Of a stretch of 64,000 nt of DNA, positions 16,371 through 34,761 are shown piece after piece (position 1 is the stretch's first letter; the number at the start of each line of letters is the position of its first letter). Both the position numbers and the translations under genes were made by a program. The notes beneath the pieces are model-generated. The model was not told the origin of the DNA, ran no database searches, and was given only the letters and a program-made list of their open reading frames with translations. This DNA comes from the human T2T-CHM13v2.0 reference genome, Homo sapiens. The DNA is taken from the NCBI RefSeq assembly GCF_009914755.1, contig NC_060927.1. One strand, written 5' to 3'.

Positions 16371-19300
16371 TAATGCCATGTATCCACCATACAGTGTCAT
16401 ACCAAATATTTTCATTGCCCTAAAAATCCCGTGTACTCCAATACACATTCCTTTCCTCAGCACGAGTCATTCTGAAGGATAGACCATATGTTAAGTCACA
16501 AAATAAGTCTTAAAACTAGAAATCAATAATGAGGAATTTTGCAAAAAATAAAAACACATGGAAATTAAACAAAATGCTTCTGAATGATCAGTGGGTCCGT
16601 GGTTTTAATGTCATAAACTTTTGTTGATAATATGTCTTTCAGCCTGATATAAGGGCAAACAGAGAGCCCCCATGGGGTTTTCCAGCTATGGGGAGTCAGT
16701 GGTATACTGGGAAGGCATTGATTTTGAGTCACAAGACCTGAGTTCTAATAATACCCTATCAAAATGCTGTCAGTAATAAACCAATTAAAAAATGATATAA
16801 ACTTTCTCTAATTCCTTCAACATTTCTATAAAATACTTTAGGTGTCATGCTTAAATGTCCATGCTTACACCACTACAGGCCACCTGCACAAGTTAAGTGA
16901 TCACTATGAACACCCTCTAGGGGTGAATTCTTCGGAGGCCATATGTATGGCTAGATATCCCTTGAAGAATTCCTAGTGTTCTTGTCACACAAAGTTCTAG
17001 AAACTGCTTTGCAAGTGTGCATTTCCATCCTGAATGTTTGCTGAGTTCCAGCTAGATTTTCACAGCAATATTGTCTCCTTTCCTTCTGATCTAGTTTGAT
17101 CTTTGCACAGGTGTCCAGGTTTTGCTACAAAATGAACTACGTTTGGTAACTCACAGGGCACCTCCTGCTGTCCCTTCTTCTGGAAAGACCCATCTCCAGG
17201 TCAGGACACAGAGCTTGCATTTCAGGCCCATTCGCTGGCTCTGCAGGGCCTTTTTGTGCAGTGCCTGAACTGCCCCACTGCATACTGCGGCCCTGGACAC
17301 AATCCTCCCTTCTGCCAATAAACAGTGGAGCTGCTACCAATGAGTTGTTCTTCCAAGATTGAGGGCAAGAACTGTTCTAGCTCATCTGTAGAGTCAGTTT
17401 CTAGCACACAGTTTGGCATATAGTAAGTCATTAATTTGGGATGAAGGGGTCAAACGGTGGCTTGAAGGATGGATGTCTCAAAGGACGGATGGATGGATGA
17501 ATAATGAATGGATTTATGGAAGGACAGATGGAAGACAGAAAAGGAGAAAAACATGGTAGTAAAGCAAGGCTGAAGGCAAAAACACCTGGAATGAAGGACT
17601 GTGGCCCTCACCTGACAGGCGGCACCCGATGTGAAGAGAGAAGGTGTAAGCAAGAAGTTATAGCCTGCTCATAGTGCCAGCCCTTGTTTCTAAAGCTGCA
17701 ACTTGGAGCCTTTCCATTAGGGCAGCCAAGAGACCAGGGCAGGCCATCTCCCATTCTCCCTTTCTCAGATCTTCTGTTTTCTCCTCAAGAAATGGGAGTG
17801 GAAAAAGTCATGAGGGATTTCTAAATAAGTGTTCAATGTATGAAGACACCAAGGAGATCCTGCAGCCTTTGTTTCTTGGGTAGATCTGGAGGTAATTTCC
17901 TAAGAAATAAGCTGAAGGAAGAAAGCATTCCTTTGTAATCTTCTCCAAAGCTCTGGGCAAAGCCTTCCGATAACAAATACTTTTTAAGGGCTTCATGCAA
18001 TAAACATGGAGCTTTGAGCTAAGCCTGCTTGGGCTCCTGCTATGGTGCACACTGGTGAGTCCAGGTTGTTCCAGGCCGTGGACAGAGTCCAAGGTAGAAG
18101 CCACATCACAGGTACATCCTAGCGCTGGAGGCAGGACCTCAGGTTGTCATTTCTCCAGTGGGAAGGCTACACGGGGCTGACTTTATTGATGACTCTTAGC
18201 GTGTTTTCCATTCGGTAATGCTGCACAGGAGTGAAGATTCTGACTTGCTTTCTGAGCAAGAGCTTTAGATGAGGTGACTTTGGAGTAAGCATTTACATAT
18301 GCATACATTTTTCCTCCTTTTACTTGAATTTCCTTGACTTCTTTTGCTCAGATGATCCGTGACAGGCAATTTGCTTTATGTCAGGTGAAGGCCATTAACA
18401 ACCAGGTGCGCGAACTGTGACAAAGTCACACTGGAGGCTGTTTAGGTCCTTGCTGACTTGGCCCTACTGTAAGGCCATGGAAGGCCATTGCATTGTTGTT
18501 GAAGGTGATAGTTGGGCCTTTTGCATGGGTCTGTGTTTGTAAAGACCTTTATAACGGAAATCTGTGAAATGTTTGGTACTAAGTCCTTCTGGGGTAAATG
18601 AACCACAAAAACTCTGGGCATGCTGACCCATGAAGGGAGTGTCAGGTTCCAGGACCAGTCACTAACTTGCAAATAACAATTGTAGCCTGGATTTCTCTTC
18701 CTGTGTTTTCTTCGTAACCTTTCAATCAGCATGCGGGCAGCTAGCTAAAGGAGCTTAAAGCAAACCTGGAGAAGTTGATGAACAACACTGGGATCTTATT
18801 TGCTGAAATTTCCCTGAGAGCAAAACAGTAAAAGGAGAACTTGGATTTCCAAAACACAGTGGTCATCCCTGTCTTGAAAACAATGTCCTCATTTGAGAAG
18901 CAAGTGGCTTTAATCTGTTCCTCACCCCACTGGCTTGTCTCCTAGCTTTTCGTTTGGGTTCTTCCTCTAAAGTGTAGAATTCCAAAAGTGAGGAGCGTGT
19001 CTCCTCTGGATCCCCGACCAATGACTGGGCCTGGAACCATCACGAGAGCCCTGAGAAGACCTGCTAGCACCTTGCTGGGGTCTGTGTCCTGAGTGGACAT
19101 GTCAGTTGCCTACCTTTAAAAGCGCTAAGGGCCGACCTCGTGCAGCTGGAAGCTTTTGTGAAAAGGCACTCACAGGATTCCCTGCTGGATGCATGGTGCA
19201 TGGCTCGGCACAATGAAGGGACACAAAAGCAATAAAGTGATGGTCCTTACAGTCTAATGACAAATGTGAATTATTCCACAGCCACTAGGAACCCCTGACT

Positions 19301-19540
19301 AAGGAATGGGCCCTATCTAGGGAGCAGTTTCAAATCACGTTCTCAGGTAATACCTGGTACTCACATCCAGTCGGAGTGGATTCATCCCAGGTTCCAGGGC
19401 AAAGCCAGAGAAAATGCAGAGCCATCACATCTCTCACTTCCCCCAGGATGGGCTAGACTAGTATGTAGGTCTTCTGGGCAGGAAAAAGACTATACCATAT
19501 GCGTAAAAACCCTCGCATGCACACTCCCACACACATCTGA

Positions 19541-19916
<376 letters not shown>

Positions 19917-19917
19917 A

Positions 19918-22490
<2,573 letters not shown>

Positions 22491-22491
22491 T

Positions 22492-22830
22492 AGGCTGGGC
22501 ACAGTGGCTCGCGCCTGTAATCCTAGCACTTTGGGAGGCCAAGGTGGGCAGATGACCTGAGGTCAGGACTTCAAGACCAGCCTGGCCAACATGGTGAAAC
22601 GCCATCTCCACTAAAAATACAAGTTAGCCGGGCATAGTGGCACATGCCTGTAATCCCAGCTACTCGGGAAGCTGAGGCAAGAGAAATGCTTGAACCTGGG
22701 AGGCGGAGGTTGCAGTGAGCCGAGATTGTGCACCACTAAACTCTGGCCTAGGCGACAGAATGAGACTCTGTCTCAAAAATAAAAATAAAAATAAATTAAA
22801 AATAAAAATAAATTTAAAATTAAAAATTAA
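22492..22830 (+). mobile_element. Alu (AluS-like)
   Basis: Sense dimer with an (AAAAAT)n tail. Confidence 0.9.
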
Positions 22831-23089
22831 GACCAGGCTGTACCCTGAGGTAGTTTAGAAGGCTAAACTCCTATAACTTAGTCTTGGGAGGTCTCAAGGC
22901 TTAGCCAGCTCAAATTTTCCATTTCTCCAATAGAAGTTCTCTTATGAACTCTGAAGAAATTGCAGCATTTCTTTTGCTTTTAAATCTATCTACTTCTCCA
23001 TGATTTTAGGAATACCCACTGGAGTTTCTTCTAATGTAGTGATTAATTCTGGTAAATTCAATATAATACAATTTAATTTAATAAAATCC

Positions 23090-23780
23090 AGGGAAGTGGG
23101 GTGGATGGGGAAAGCGGAGAAGTTCATCAAAGAGTACAAAGTTTCAGTTAGACAGGAAAAATAAGCTTTAGTGATTTATTGCATAGAATAATGACTGTAT
23201 TAAATAATAATGCATTGTATATTTTATTTTGTTTTGTTATTTATTATTTTTGAGACAGAGTCTCACAATGTTGTCTAGGCTGGTGTCAAACACCTAGGCT
23301 CAAGCGATCCTCTGGCCCCATCCTCTTGAGTAGCTGGGACTACAGGCATGTACCACCATACCACACCATTTGTATATTTTAAAATTGCTTGTGTACGATG
23401 CTCACGATCTGGCTGACAGGATCATTCATACCCCAAACCTCAGCATCACACAATATACCCATATAGCAAGCCTGCACATATACCCCATTAATCTAAAGTA
23501 AAAGTTAAAAATACTTTTTCAAAATAACAAAATAAATAAATAAAATTGCTAAAAGAGTGGTGCATGCCTGTAATCCCAGCTACTCAGGAGGCTGAGGCAA
23601 CAGAATCACTTGAACCCAGCAGGTTGTGGTGAGCCAAGATCATGCCATTGCACTCCAGCCTGGGCAACAGAGTGAGACGCCATCTCAAAAAAAAAAAAAA
23701 AAAAAAGAAAGAAAAGGGTAGATTTTAAATGTTCTCACAACAACAAAAAATGATAAGTATGTAAGATTCTTAACCACAGT
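23090..23780 (+). mobile_element. Old L1 3'UTR fragments interleaved with Alu fragments (~23230-23365 minus; ~23555-23710 plus)
   Basis: caaagagtacaaagtttcagttagacagg..taatgcattgtat..ttgctaaaagag..gattttaaatgttctcacaac is a typical L1MA 3' end. Confidence 0.6.
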
Positions 23781-23817
23781 TGATGTACCTCACAGGAAGA
23801 GCTTCTCTTTCAAGATG

Positions 23818-24541
23818 TGTAGCTGCCCGATGGGTTCTTCCTGCCCACTGCACAAAAAAATCAGTTCATGGAGACCATGGCACTGCAGTAAAGAAAGAGG
23901 TTAATTGACATGATGCCAGCCACACCATGTGGGAGGCAGAGTTATTACTCAAATCAAACTCATCTAAGGCTTGGAGGTTAGGGATTTTTCAAAGGTAATT
24001 TGGTAGGTAGCAGGCTAGGGTATGGGGAGTGCTGATTGGTTGGGTCAGAGATGAAATCATAGGGTGTCGAAGCTGTCCTCTTTCTCTGAGTCGCTTCTGG
24101 GTGGGGACACAGAAGCCGTTGGCTGGTCCCGGTGGAGCCATCGGTCATCAGACATGCAAAATCCTGAGAAGATATCTCAGAAGGCCAATCCTAGGTTCTA
24201 CAAAAGTAACATTATCTGCAGGGGTAACTGAGGAAGTTGCATATCTTGTGGCTTCTGGAATAACGCCTCACAATTGTTTTTGTCTACACCTTAGCAGAAT
24301 TTAGGCTCCTCTCCTCCTCCTAGCCTGGTGGTCTCTCAGTATTACAAGGGTGGTTGAGTTTCGGGGAAGGGTTATTATAATTTAAACTATCAACTAAATG
24401 ACTCCCACATGTAGCTTGGCTTAAACCCAGGAATAAGTAAAAGCAGCTTGAAAGCTAAAGGCAAGAGGGAGGTTGGCTAGATCAGCTTTCTTTCACTGCC
24501 ATTATTTTCTCACTGTGATAATTTTTGCAAAGGCGGTTTCA
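23818..24541 (-). mobile_element. LTR8-family solo LTR (ERV1)
   Basis: The minus strand starts TGAAACCGCCTTTGCAAAAATTAT, like the LTR8 consensus; the other end reads tgtagctgcccgatgggttcttcctgccc on +. Confidence 0.75.
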
Positions 24542-24565
24542 GATGTGATTGGATTTTTGGATACT

Positions 24566-25015
24566 GTGAACCCTGAATATCTGAGACTGGTCTCAGTCAA
24601 TTTAGAAAGTTTATTTTGCCAAGGTTGAGGCTGCATGCCTGTGGCACAGCCTCAGGAGGTCCTGACGACATGTGCCCAAGGTGGTCAGGGCACAGCTTGG
24701 TTTTATACATTTTAGGGAGACATGAGACATCAATCAATATATGTAAGATGAACATTGGTTCCATCCAGAAAAGCAGGACAACTCAAGCAGAGAGGGATCT
24801 TCCAGGTCACAGGTAGGTGAGAGTCAAATGGTTGCATTATTTTGAGTTTCTGATGAGCCTCTCCAAAGGAGGCAATTAGATAAGCATTTATCTCAGTGCA
24901 CGGAGGGATGACTTTGCATAGAATGGGAGGCAGGTTTGCCCTAAGCCATTCCCAGCTTGACTTTTCCTTTTAGCTTAGTGATTTTGGGGGCCTCAAGTTT
25001 TCTTTTCCTTTCACA
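24566..25015 (-). mobile_element. MER4A-type 3' LTR (ERV1)
   Basis: The minus strand begins TGTGAAAGGAAAAG..CCCCCAAAATCACTAAGCTAAAAGGAAAAGTCAAGCTGGGAA and is preceded by a polypurine tract (+ strand tttccccctttt at 25016). AATAAA is on the minus strand at 24609-24614. Confidence 0.8.
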
Positions 25016-28000
25016 TTTCCCCCTTTTTCTGTTTAAAAATCTTTTGGAGAAAGCATTTTAGAAGAAAACGAGTCTCTGGTCTCAGGTTTCGTCTGGTCTC
25101 TCACAGCTGGGATGGTTTATTCCTAGGCAGATGGGTCTTGAGTTATTAGGAAAGCTCATTTTTATCAGGTTGAGAATCCTCATGTCCTATGAAGAGAAAA
25201 TAGGTGGAGGAAGGGAGAAAAACAACAAACAAAATAATGATCCTAGAAAATCGATATAGGCCACACTACTCTGAAGTCCATACATCAGTAGGCAGGTATG
25301 AAAGTAGCTTATATATGTAAACAGGTTGCTGTTATTTTCTTCTGAAGTTTAAGTTGTCTAGCTTCAGTTCACAGGGCTTCACAAAGCACAGCTTAGCTTT
25401 CAGTGACTCCAAATTAGGAAAAATAGAAAAAAGAAAGGGAAAAAATTGAAAACGTTATATTGAAGACTTGTAGCCAAGAAAAACTAGAATTTGGTCCAAA
25501 CTGTAGAAAATAATAAAAATTGAAAAACATTGGGCAAGACTAGAATCTAACAACAGGTGTACTATAGTTTTTAAAACATAGTTTTTCTCTCTCCAGTTTC
25601 TCATTTTTACTAAAGACAAATCATGGTACGACTGATTTCCTTTATTATACTTGGCCTGATTATTTGTATACAGTGCAGCAAGAATAATTATTTTTTTACA
25701 CAGGCTTTTAAATTGACTTTGATGGAACTTTATTCCATAGAAGGAATCTCAGAAAAGACTTGTTTAAAGCTGAGCCCTGCCATGGATTTGTACCATCAAA
25801 TACCTATGAGTTGCATGAATTCCTCTCCTTTTGAGGTCCCGAGGTAAAACTTGGGGCTCCTGGGCCTGTCAGAAAGTGACATTCTTTATTTACCACAGAT
25901 CAGGAACCCTGTTCAGGGACTGTGTAGACAGGGTATTTGGCCAGCTTTCCCAAGGGGCTTTTACTGGCTTCATAAAACAAGTTTAATTCCTTAAAGGAAA
26001 GCACACCATTCCAGTCAAAGCCATGGTAGAATAACCAGTTTCTTCAATTGTGTCCTGTTACAAATAAAAACAGATTATTATTGCACTTATGCAAATAACT
26101 ATATTACGATAAGTTAAGAATACTCACAAATAGTTTCCAAATTCAGGAGAAATCAGGCAGAGAGAAACAAATATGCTCCAAATTTTGTTCATAGGAGTAT
26201 AATAACTTGTTAAAAGCTGTCAATAGCTCAAAAGAAAAGTTTCTTGACTCTGAAAAAAACAAAACAAAGGATCAACAACGTTTTAAGCAAAAAGTCAAAA
26301 AGATTACTTTAGTCTTCTATAAGTTCAGTCCATGTAGTTCATTCCTGTTCTGCTTGATATTCATGAACATTTCAGCTCTCCATGAGTCCCGAAAGTTTTT
26401 CCTCTATTCTGATGTCACAATCTCCAAAGTTACCAGAAACCTGCATTCAAGAGCACCTTTTAAAGTTTTATAGCTGATTATAAAACCACTTTCTTTCTTT
26501 TTATTTTTTTGAGATGGAGTCTCACTCTGTCACACAGGCTGGAGTGCAGTGGTATGATCTCAGTGCACTGCCACCTCTGCCACCCTGGTTCAAGTGATTC
26601 TCCTGCCTCAGCCTCCTGAGTACCTGGGATTACAGGCACCTGCCACCATGCCTTGCTAATTTTTGTAGTTTTAGTAGAGACAGGGTTTCACCATTTTGGC
26701 CAGGCTGGTCTTGAACTCTTGACCTCATGATCCACCCACCTCAGCCTCCCAAAGTGCTGAAATTACAGGCATGAGCCACCGCACCCAGCTATAAAACCAC
26801 CTTCTAAAGAGGACCAAAACAAGACAATTGTCTGTGGATAACAAAAAGTTTAGGGCAGCCATAGTCAAAGATACAATTGACAAGGAAATTTGTTACCTCT
26901 GTGGCACAAAATAATGTAACATAACATTATTACTGATAATGTACAGTAAGTCATATCAGAATTATAGGAGTTTCCCATAATTTTAGAACACATACCAATA
27001 ACATATTTATACAAATACAGTCCAAAGAAAACCAAACACAATTTCATACTTGACAATGCTTTCTGTATAATTTTTATACCAAATAAGCCAAATTATGTCA
27101 TTTTTGGACTTTAGGGAACCTAGTATCTTAAATGATTAGGACAGAAAAATACATAATTTATAATTTGATTTTGGAAAGTTTGTCAGATATCAAAGGTTTA
27201 AAACACTTGATATCACAGGTCATTGTAAAATAAGTCACTCATTTGACCAAAGTGATAGCTGAAGGATTTCAAAAAACAGGCAAAAGCTTTCATTGTTTTG
27301 GAGAGGAGACTTAATTTTTCAAACAATAAACCCTCATTTAAAAAAACAGCAGGAAGCTAATTAAATTTGTTTTTCAAAATTTTATAAACAAGCTATAAAA
27401 TTTTAATCTTAACCATAACGTATAACTTCCATAAGCCTTTTATAACCTTTATTAAGGAGTCAGTTAATGCTTCAAGAAAATGTTGTTAATCTGACACAGG
27501 GGCCCATGTGCTGGTCTTGTGTCAGTGTGCCTTTGACATTAGTGATTAATTTACAGAGAAACTCAACTTATTTTCTCTCTCAAAATTGGCCCTTAGAATC
27601 TCACATGCCCATGCTAGTCCCCGGGCCTTGAGGAGTTGAACAGCTTTAATTCTGTGTGTCAGGATGCAGTTCATTTTGATTGGCATCTTCTACTGGGCCT
27701 GAGGATGAGGCTTGAATCGCTGTCAGTGTTTAAGATTTTCTACTGGGCCTGAAGATGAGGCTTTAATTACTGTCAGTGTTTAATATTTAGCAGGACTTGG
27801 TGCCCTTTTTAGACCCAGGAGTCAAAGCCCTGTAACTCTATGTCGGAAGGACTTGAAAAGCGCATACAAAAAGATACATGGATGTACTAACCCTAATTTA
27901 AGAAAATTTTTTCAATCTCAGTTTTTTTCTTAAGTAAATCAAAATTTAATAATAATGGCAATTATTTCAGTAAACCATAAAATCTGTTAGGCCAGTTACC

Positions 28001-28358
28001 AAAAGGCAAAAGAAAAGACCTTCTGCACTGCACAGAATATGATGATGAAAGACGACATTTCCTTTAGGCCTTTAAGAGAATATTGTTAGCATCAGGTCAC
28101 AAGAAACAGAACTGGAGGAAAAAGACTTTTAGGAGCTGACAATGAGTTGAGGGAGAGCATTACTATTGTGCACCCTTTCAAAGAGGAGAGAAAATAAAAA
28201 ATGGTGAGATGCAATAAAAGTTGAACTTTGGATTAAAAAAATCAGAGTCTCTTATAATTTATTAAGAGTAAATAAGTCCCTCAAGAAAATTCATTGTTTT
28301 AACCAATTATTTAGTGTGTAAGTTTTTTTTACATCAAAGCCCAATCTCTAGAAAGATC
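25016..28358 (-). mobile_element. MER4-type ERV1 internal sequence, 5' part missing
   Basis: AT-rich non-coding internal sequence contiguous with the PPT/3' LTR and interrupted by an Alu at ~26490-26790. It ends abruptly at a truncated Alu (~28360). Confidence 0.7.
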
Positions 28359-28359
28359 T

Positions 28360-28552
28360 TCCGCCTCAGCCTCCCAAGTACCTGGGATTACAGGTGTGCA
28401 CCACCACATCCAATTGATTTTTGTATTTTTAGTAGAGACTGGGTTTCGCCATGTTGGCCACGCTGCTCTTGAACTCCTGACCTCAGGTGATCCACCCACT
28501 TCGGCCTCCCAAAGTGCTGGGATTACAGGCATGAGCCACTATGCGTCTGGCC
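28360..28552 (-). mobile_element. Truncated Alu at the duplication boundary
   Basis: Begins mid-element (tccgcctcagcctcccaagtacctggg) directly after ERV internal sequence. Confidence 0.85.
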
Positions 28553-28649
28553 CTATTTGTATTTTAGATTTGTGCTGTTCAAAAGGTTTCCCCAGTAAGC
28601 ATATACTACTTTTATAATGAAAATTTTAAAATTTTTATGGATTTTGTTT

Positions 28650-29830
28650 TTTTCCCCCAGATTTACTGAGGTATGATTGATGAATTAAACAAAAAACAAT
28701 ACTGTATATATTTAAGGTGTACAGCGTGATGATTTATTTTGTGAACTGATGACACAATCAACTTAATACACATCTATCACCTCATACAATTATCCTTTTT
28801 TTTTGGAGATACAGACACCTAAGGTCTACTCTCTTCGCAAATTTCAAGTTATATTAATGAGAGCCACCGTACTGTATGATTTTAACTGTAGCCACCATGC
28901 TGTATAATGTTAACTCTGGCCACCATGCTGTATAACATTAACTCTAGCCACCATGCTGTTTATCAGACCTTCAGAACTTCACCTTGTGACGGGAAGTTAC
29001 ACCTTTAATCAGCATCGCCACAGTCTGCATTCCCCCAGCCCCTGGCAACCACTGTCCTATTCTGTTTCTGTGAGTTGTGACAGTTTTAGATCCACATATG
29101 AGTGACATGCAGTATCTGTCTTTCTGTGCCTGGGACGTTTCACTTAACATAATGACTTTGGGTTCATCCACATTGTCACACATGACAGGATTTCCTTTGT
29201 TTTCATAGCTGAATAATATTCAGTTGTGTATACACACCACATTGTCATTAAACACCAAAAATTTTTAGGTTGTTTCCATATCTCGGGTATTGTGAATAAC
29301 GCTGCAATGAACATGGGGGTCCAGGTGTCTCTTTGAGCTTCTGATTTCATGCCCTTTGGATATACACCCAGAAATGAGGTTGCTGGAGCACATGGTAGTC
29401 CTGTGACTTTTGAGGAACCTCCAGAGTTTTCCACAATAGTTGTACTAATTTACATTCCCACCAACAGCACACAGGGTTCCCTTTTCTCCACATCCTCACC
29501 AACACTCACTATCTTTTGTCCTCTTGGTAACAGCCATTCTAACTGGAGCGAGATGAGATGATACTCATTGGGGTTTTAATTTGCATTTCTCTGGTGCTTA
29601 GTGATGTTGAGCATTTTTTCATACATCAACTGGCCATTTGTATGTCTTCTCTGGAAAAATATCTATTCAAGTCCTTTGCCCATTTTTAGCAGGGTTGTTT
29701 TTTAGTAGGGTTTAGTAGGTTGGTTTTAGTAGGGCTTTTTTTTTTTTTTTTTTCTATTTTAGATACTAAGATATCATTAGATATATGGTTTGGAAAATAT
29801 TTTTTCCCAACCTGTAGTTTTGCTGATTTT
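28650..29830 (-). mobile_element. L1 (L1MA/MB-like) 3' fragment within SDHA-like intron 6
   Basis: ORF 29144..29434 TPMFIAALFTIPEIWKQPK..EYYSAMK matches the L1 ORF2 C-terminus/3'UTR. Confidence 0.8.
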
Positions 29831-30302
29831 TTTTCTTGGCTGTACTGACACTTCTTAACTTTTAAAGTGACTAAAGTAACTGCCACTGTATAAAATTAAA
29901 GTTTTTCATTTTCATTATGCGGAGAAGACAGACTTATCTATCCCAGGAATCAGTATAAACACAGAACCCACTAAAACAAGAGAGATTTTGCCAGAAAACC
30001 CCATGTGACTCTTTGGGCCGCAGGTGCCTCATCTAAAATCGGGAGAGGTAAGCTGTGAAGCTGACGGCAGCCACTACCGACTACTGAGGGCCATGCTTTC
30101 TCACCCCGAGGCAGGTGCTGCTGTCCTCACTCTTTACAGGTGAGGAACCACGGCTGGGAAAGGCCATCACCCTCACATGGTTATATCAAGGCCTGTGTCT
30201 GAACTGCTATTCTACAATGCCTCTATTTTCCTTAAAATAAAGACACTCTAAAAGAAATTTATTCATTTTTACAAAGGAAATAAAGTAGAAATTAGATTCC
30301 TA

Positions 30303-30452
<150 letters not shown>

Positions 30453-31262
30453 CTAAAAGAAAGAAAAAAAAAGGGCAAGAAGTGTTAAGCCAACCTTTAA
30501 GGTTTTAAGGTGATATCTGCTCATGTGAATAGGTGAAAGAACTTGATCCAAATGGACCAGGTAAATCCAAGGAGATCAGCAACAGTGTCAATGACACTGT
30601 CAGAGCCCGAGAGGCATTCCACGCCCAGCAGTACAAACAAGGCAGGTGTGCTAGAGAACGCAGCAGCAACAGCTCCTATGTTGGTGACATACTTCCTACT
30701 TCTACACAACCCGAAGAGGCACTCCACACTGTCCGGTGGCCGCATGCAGCTCCACTCGGAGTCTGGTGCCAGAGTGAGGTCCGCAGACCATGGGGTCACA
30801 GCCCAGATGGGAGCTACTGGCAACACATAACCACTTAATTAATTAAAATAAATCAAAGCGTTCAGCTCTTCAGCTACACCTGCCACATTAGCAACAGCCC
30901 CATGTGGCTGGCAGCTACCAAAGTGGACGGTTGCAGACGAGCAGATTCCGGCACCGCAGAAAGGTAGGCGCCGGACAGCGCTGCCCGCCTGGACCTGCCG
31001 TTCCCTCAGCCAGCACAAGTCGCTCTCGTGAGCCTGGGCCAGCTCCCCACATGACAGCTCCTGCTCCGGACAGAGCCGCCATCTCCTCCCACCACACACT
31101 TGTCGATGCACTCAGCCACAGAGAAGTCACTGGTGTTCTAACAACCTGCACATTACTGATCCGTCCCCATGCATCAGAAAACAACAAAGCTCAGAACATG
31201 GATTACTCTGAATCAATACTGTTCAGAATATTATTTGGTCATGCCAAAGTTGACCCTGATTA

Positions 31263-31655
<393 letters not shown>

Positions 31656-31694
31656 TCAGAGGTGGTAAAAGAGCCTTAAAATACTTGTTCTTTG

Positions 31695-31965
31695 TCTTTT
31701 TTTGAGACAGGTCTCCTGTTGCTCAGGCTGGAGTGCAGTGGTATGAACATGGCTCACTGTCTCAAGTGATCCTCCTGCCTCAGCCTCCTGAGTAACTGGG
31801 ATTACAAGCATGTACCACCATGCTCAGCTACTTTTTAAACTTTCTGTAGAGACAGGGTCTCGCTATGTTCTCCAGACTGGTCTCAAACTTCTGGTCTCAA
31901 GTGATCCTCCTGCCTTGGCCTCCTAAAGTGCTGGGATTACAGACGTGGGCCACTGTGCCTGGCCT
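31695..31965 (-). mobile_element. Alu (AluJ-like)
   Basis: gagacaggtctcctgttgctcaggctgg..ctcaagtgatcctcctgcc. Confidence 0.8.
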
Positions 31966-32267
31966 GCTTGCTCTGTTCTTACATGCTGAGTGTCACATAT
32001 CCCAAGTGAAAACCTGGTATATAAGATTATCAATTCAACTTTCCAACATAGAGGCAATAACTCACACATTGCCTTAGGGGCAGCTTCTCAAGGCACACGT
32101 CTGCTCCTGTCACCTCCACAGTCACTGCATGTGCCCCACACCGCTGTTCTCTGTTGCTTTTTACGTAATCTCTGGCTGACTCACTGGGCACGCTAACCCA
32201 TTCCCCGCTGTCACCATAAGCCCCAGCACTACGTGTCCTGTCTCAGGTGGACGGAGGGCGGCCTTAC

Positions 32268-32432
32268 CCTCCCATATGAGGTGTGCAATATTGAGTGGCC
32301 GGTCCGATCAGCCACACAGCAGCACCGATGGGCCTGCCTGCCCTTTCCAAACTTGAGGCTCTGTCCACCAAATGCACGCTGATAAATCTTCCCATCTTCA
32401 GTTCTGCTAAACGGCATGCCATAATTTTCTAG
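32268..32432 (-). pseudogene. SDHA: SDHA-like exon 5 (165 nt)
   Basis: cag|[55 protein letters not shown]|gtaag, matching ORF 32229..32417. Confidence 0.93.
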
Positions 32433-32684
32433 CTGTGAAAGATAAAAACAAACAAAAGCCTTATTACCTTAAAGGAGTCAAGATATTCACAGCTAATCTA
32501 CACTAAACAACCTTAGTAAAAATCTGCAAACCCAAAGTAACCTATTTTATGAAAATGTCAACACTTCATCAAAGAGAAGTTTTTCTTATTACATGTAATA
32601 CATAGTTCATGACGGACAAAGACTTCTCTTGTGAGCTTTGCTAATCACCATTCTTTCGGCTGCCACATCTGCCTCAACTGCTTA

Positions 32685-33275
<591 letters not shown>

Positions 33276-33783
33276 TTACGGGCATGTGTTAAAGATCAGA
33301 AGTGCTTCCTGCCAAGTAATAGACTCCATACTCAGAGTCGCACTCCCCTGTACCCCTACTTCCTTTGGCTGTGTGTGCCCACCACCGTCTTACCCCTCAG
33401 AGAGTCCCAGAAGACAGCAGCACAGGGACAAATGAAACCCTTGCCCTTTTCTTCCCCAACCTAAATTCTGAATCCTCCTCTTTAGATGATCTCCTTTTCT
33501 TAAGGTGTTGGGGTGGCAGGGGTGGGTGGGGAGGGTAGATGGTCAGAGAAAACCCAAGTGTGACTGGAGTCTGAATTAAGAGTGACAACAAGGCTCCCGC
33601 CCTTCAAAGTCCCCAGGGAAGAGGCTCCAGGGAGAGACCCCTGAATGGGTGAGCTGAGTAAGGCACAGCAAGAGGCCAAGTGGCTGGAGCACGGGGAGGA
33701 GGCAGGAGGCTGCCCAGGTAGAAAGTGCGAGGCTGCGCGGGACCTGCACGGAGTGGGAGCACAGTGGGGCACCTTTCTCTTAC

Positions 33784-33961
<178 letters not shown>

Positions 33962-34675
33962 TCACCTGTCAATCACAGGTTCCACTATGCCAAACATGAA
34001 GACTCTTGTGCCAGTGAAAGAGCTTGACAAAGATAAAAGGAGCAACTGCTGGGCACACAGGGCCTCCATCCTGTCCTGGGGCTGAGCCCTGAACAGTGCG
34101 GGGAGAAGTAGGCACATTCGCACCTGGAGAAGGGACTGATAATCAGATTCTATGAATGGTAGAGGGTCTATTCCATGGGATCAGACTGAGGACCACAACT
34201 CTACTTCAGGGCCGTGCCTATGCTTATGCCTGAGAAGGTGCCAAGGAGCATTCAGTCGCTATTGTGAGCTTATGAGAAAAGAACTTCTCAGCACGTTTCA
34301 GTTTTCCAACAGAGAGAGAACAGGCACACTCAATACCAAGGAACCCACACCGGAAGGGCCCCACGGTCCTCTTTTCAGTAGGATTTTATCATCTATCACA
34401 GCAGATACTGTTCATTTTAATTTATTGCTTTACTTGACCTAAATTTAAATCTAATTTATAGATACATAACAGATACAAGTAAAAATGTTAACATCTATGT
34501 TTATATTGGTACTTGCAATTAAGTATTATTACACTGAAAATAATTTCAGCATGCATTGGATACCTATGAGAAATTTTTCCCTTATGTCTATGACTCATAT
34601 GAAAACAAACTGGTATAGATCCTTACCCCCAAGGCAAAAAATTCATTTATAATGGAACAAAAAGCATGAACTTAC

Positions 34676-34761
34676 GGAATCTGAAACTTTAGCAGATGCC
34701 CTCTCGTTCCTTCAACAGTGAAGTGAACACCTCGGGTTCCTGTTTGCAACACTGTTGGCCA
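34676..34761 (-). pseudogene. SDHA: SDHA-like exon 2 (86 nt, 1-nt deletion)
   Basis: ctccag|TGGCCAACAGTGTTGCAAACAGGAACCCGAGG...GTTTCAGATTCC|gtaag (WPTVLQTGTRG..). It is 86 nt versus 87 recalled for SDHA. Confidence 0.9.

Noticed and set aside
27688-27790. ~50-bp direct duplication in ERV internal sequence (also short repeats at ~28860-28960, ~56476-56600 and ~59955-60012)
   Set aside because: These are ordinary slippage-type duplications with no further structure.
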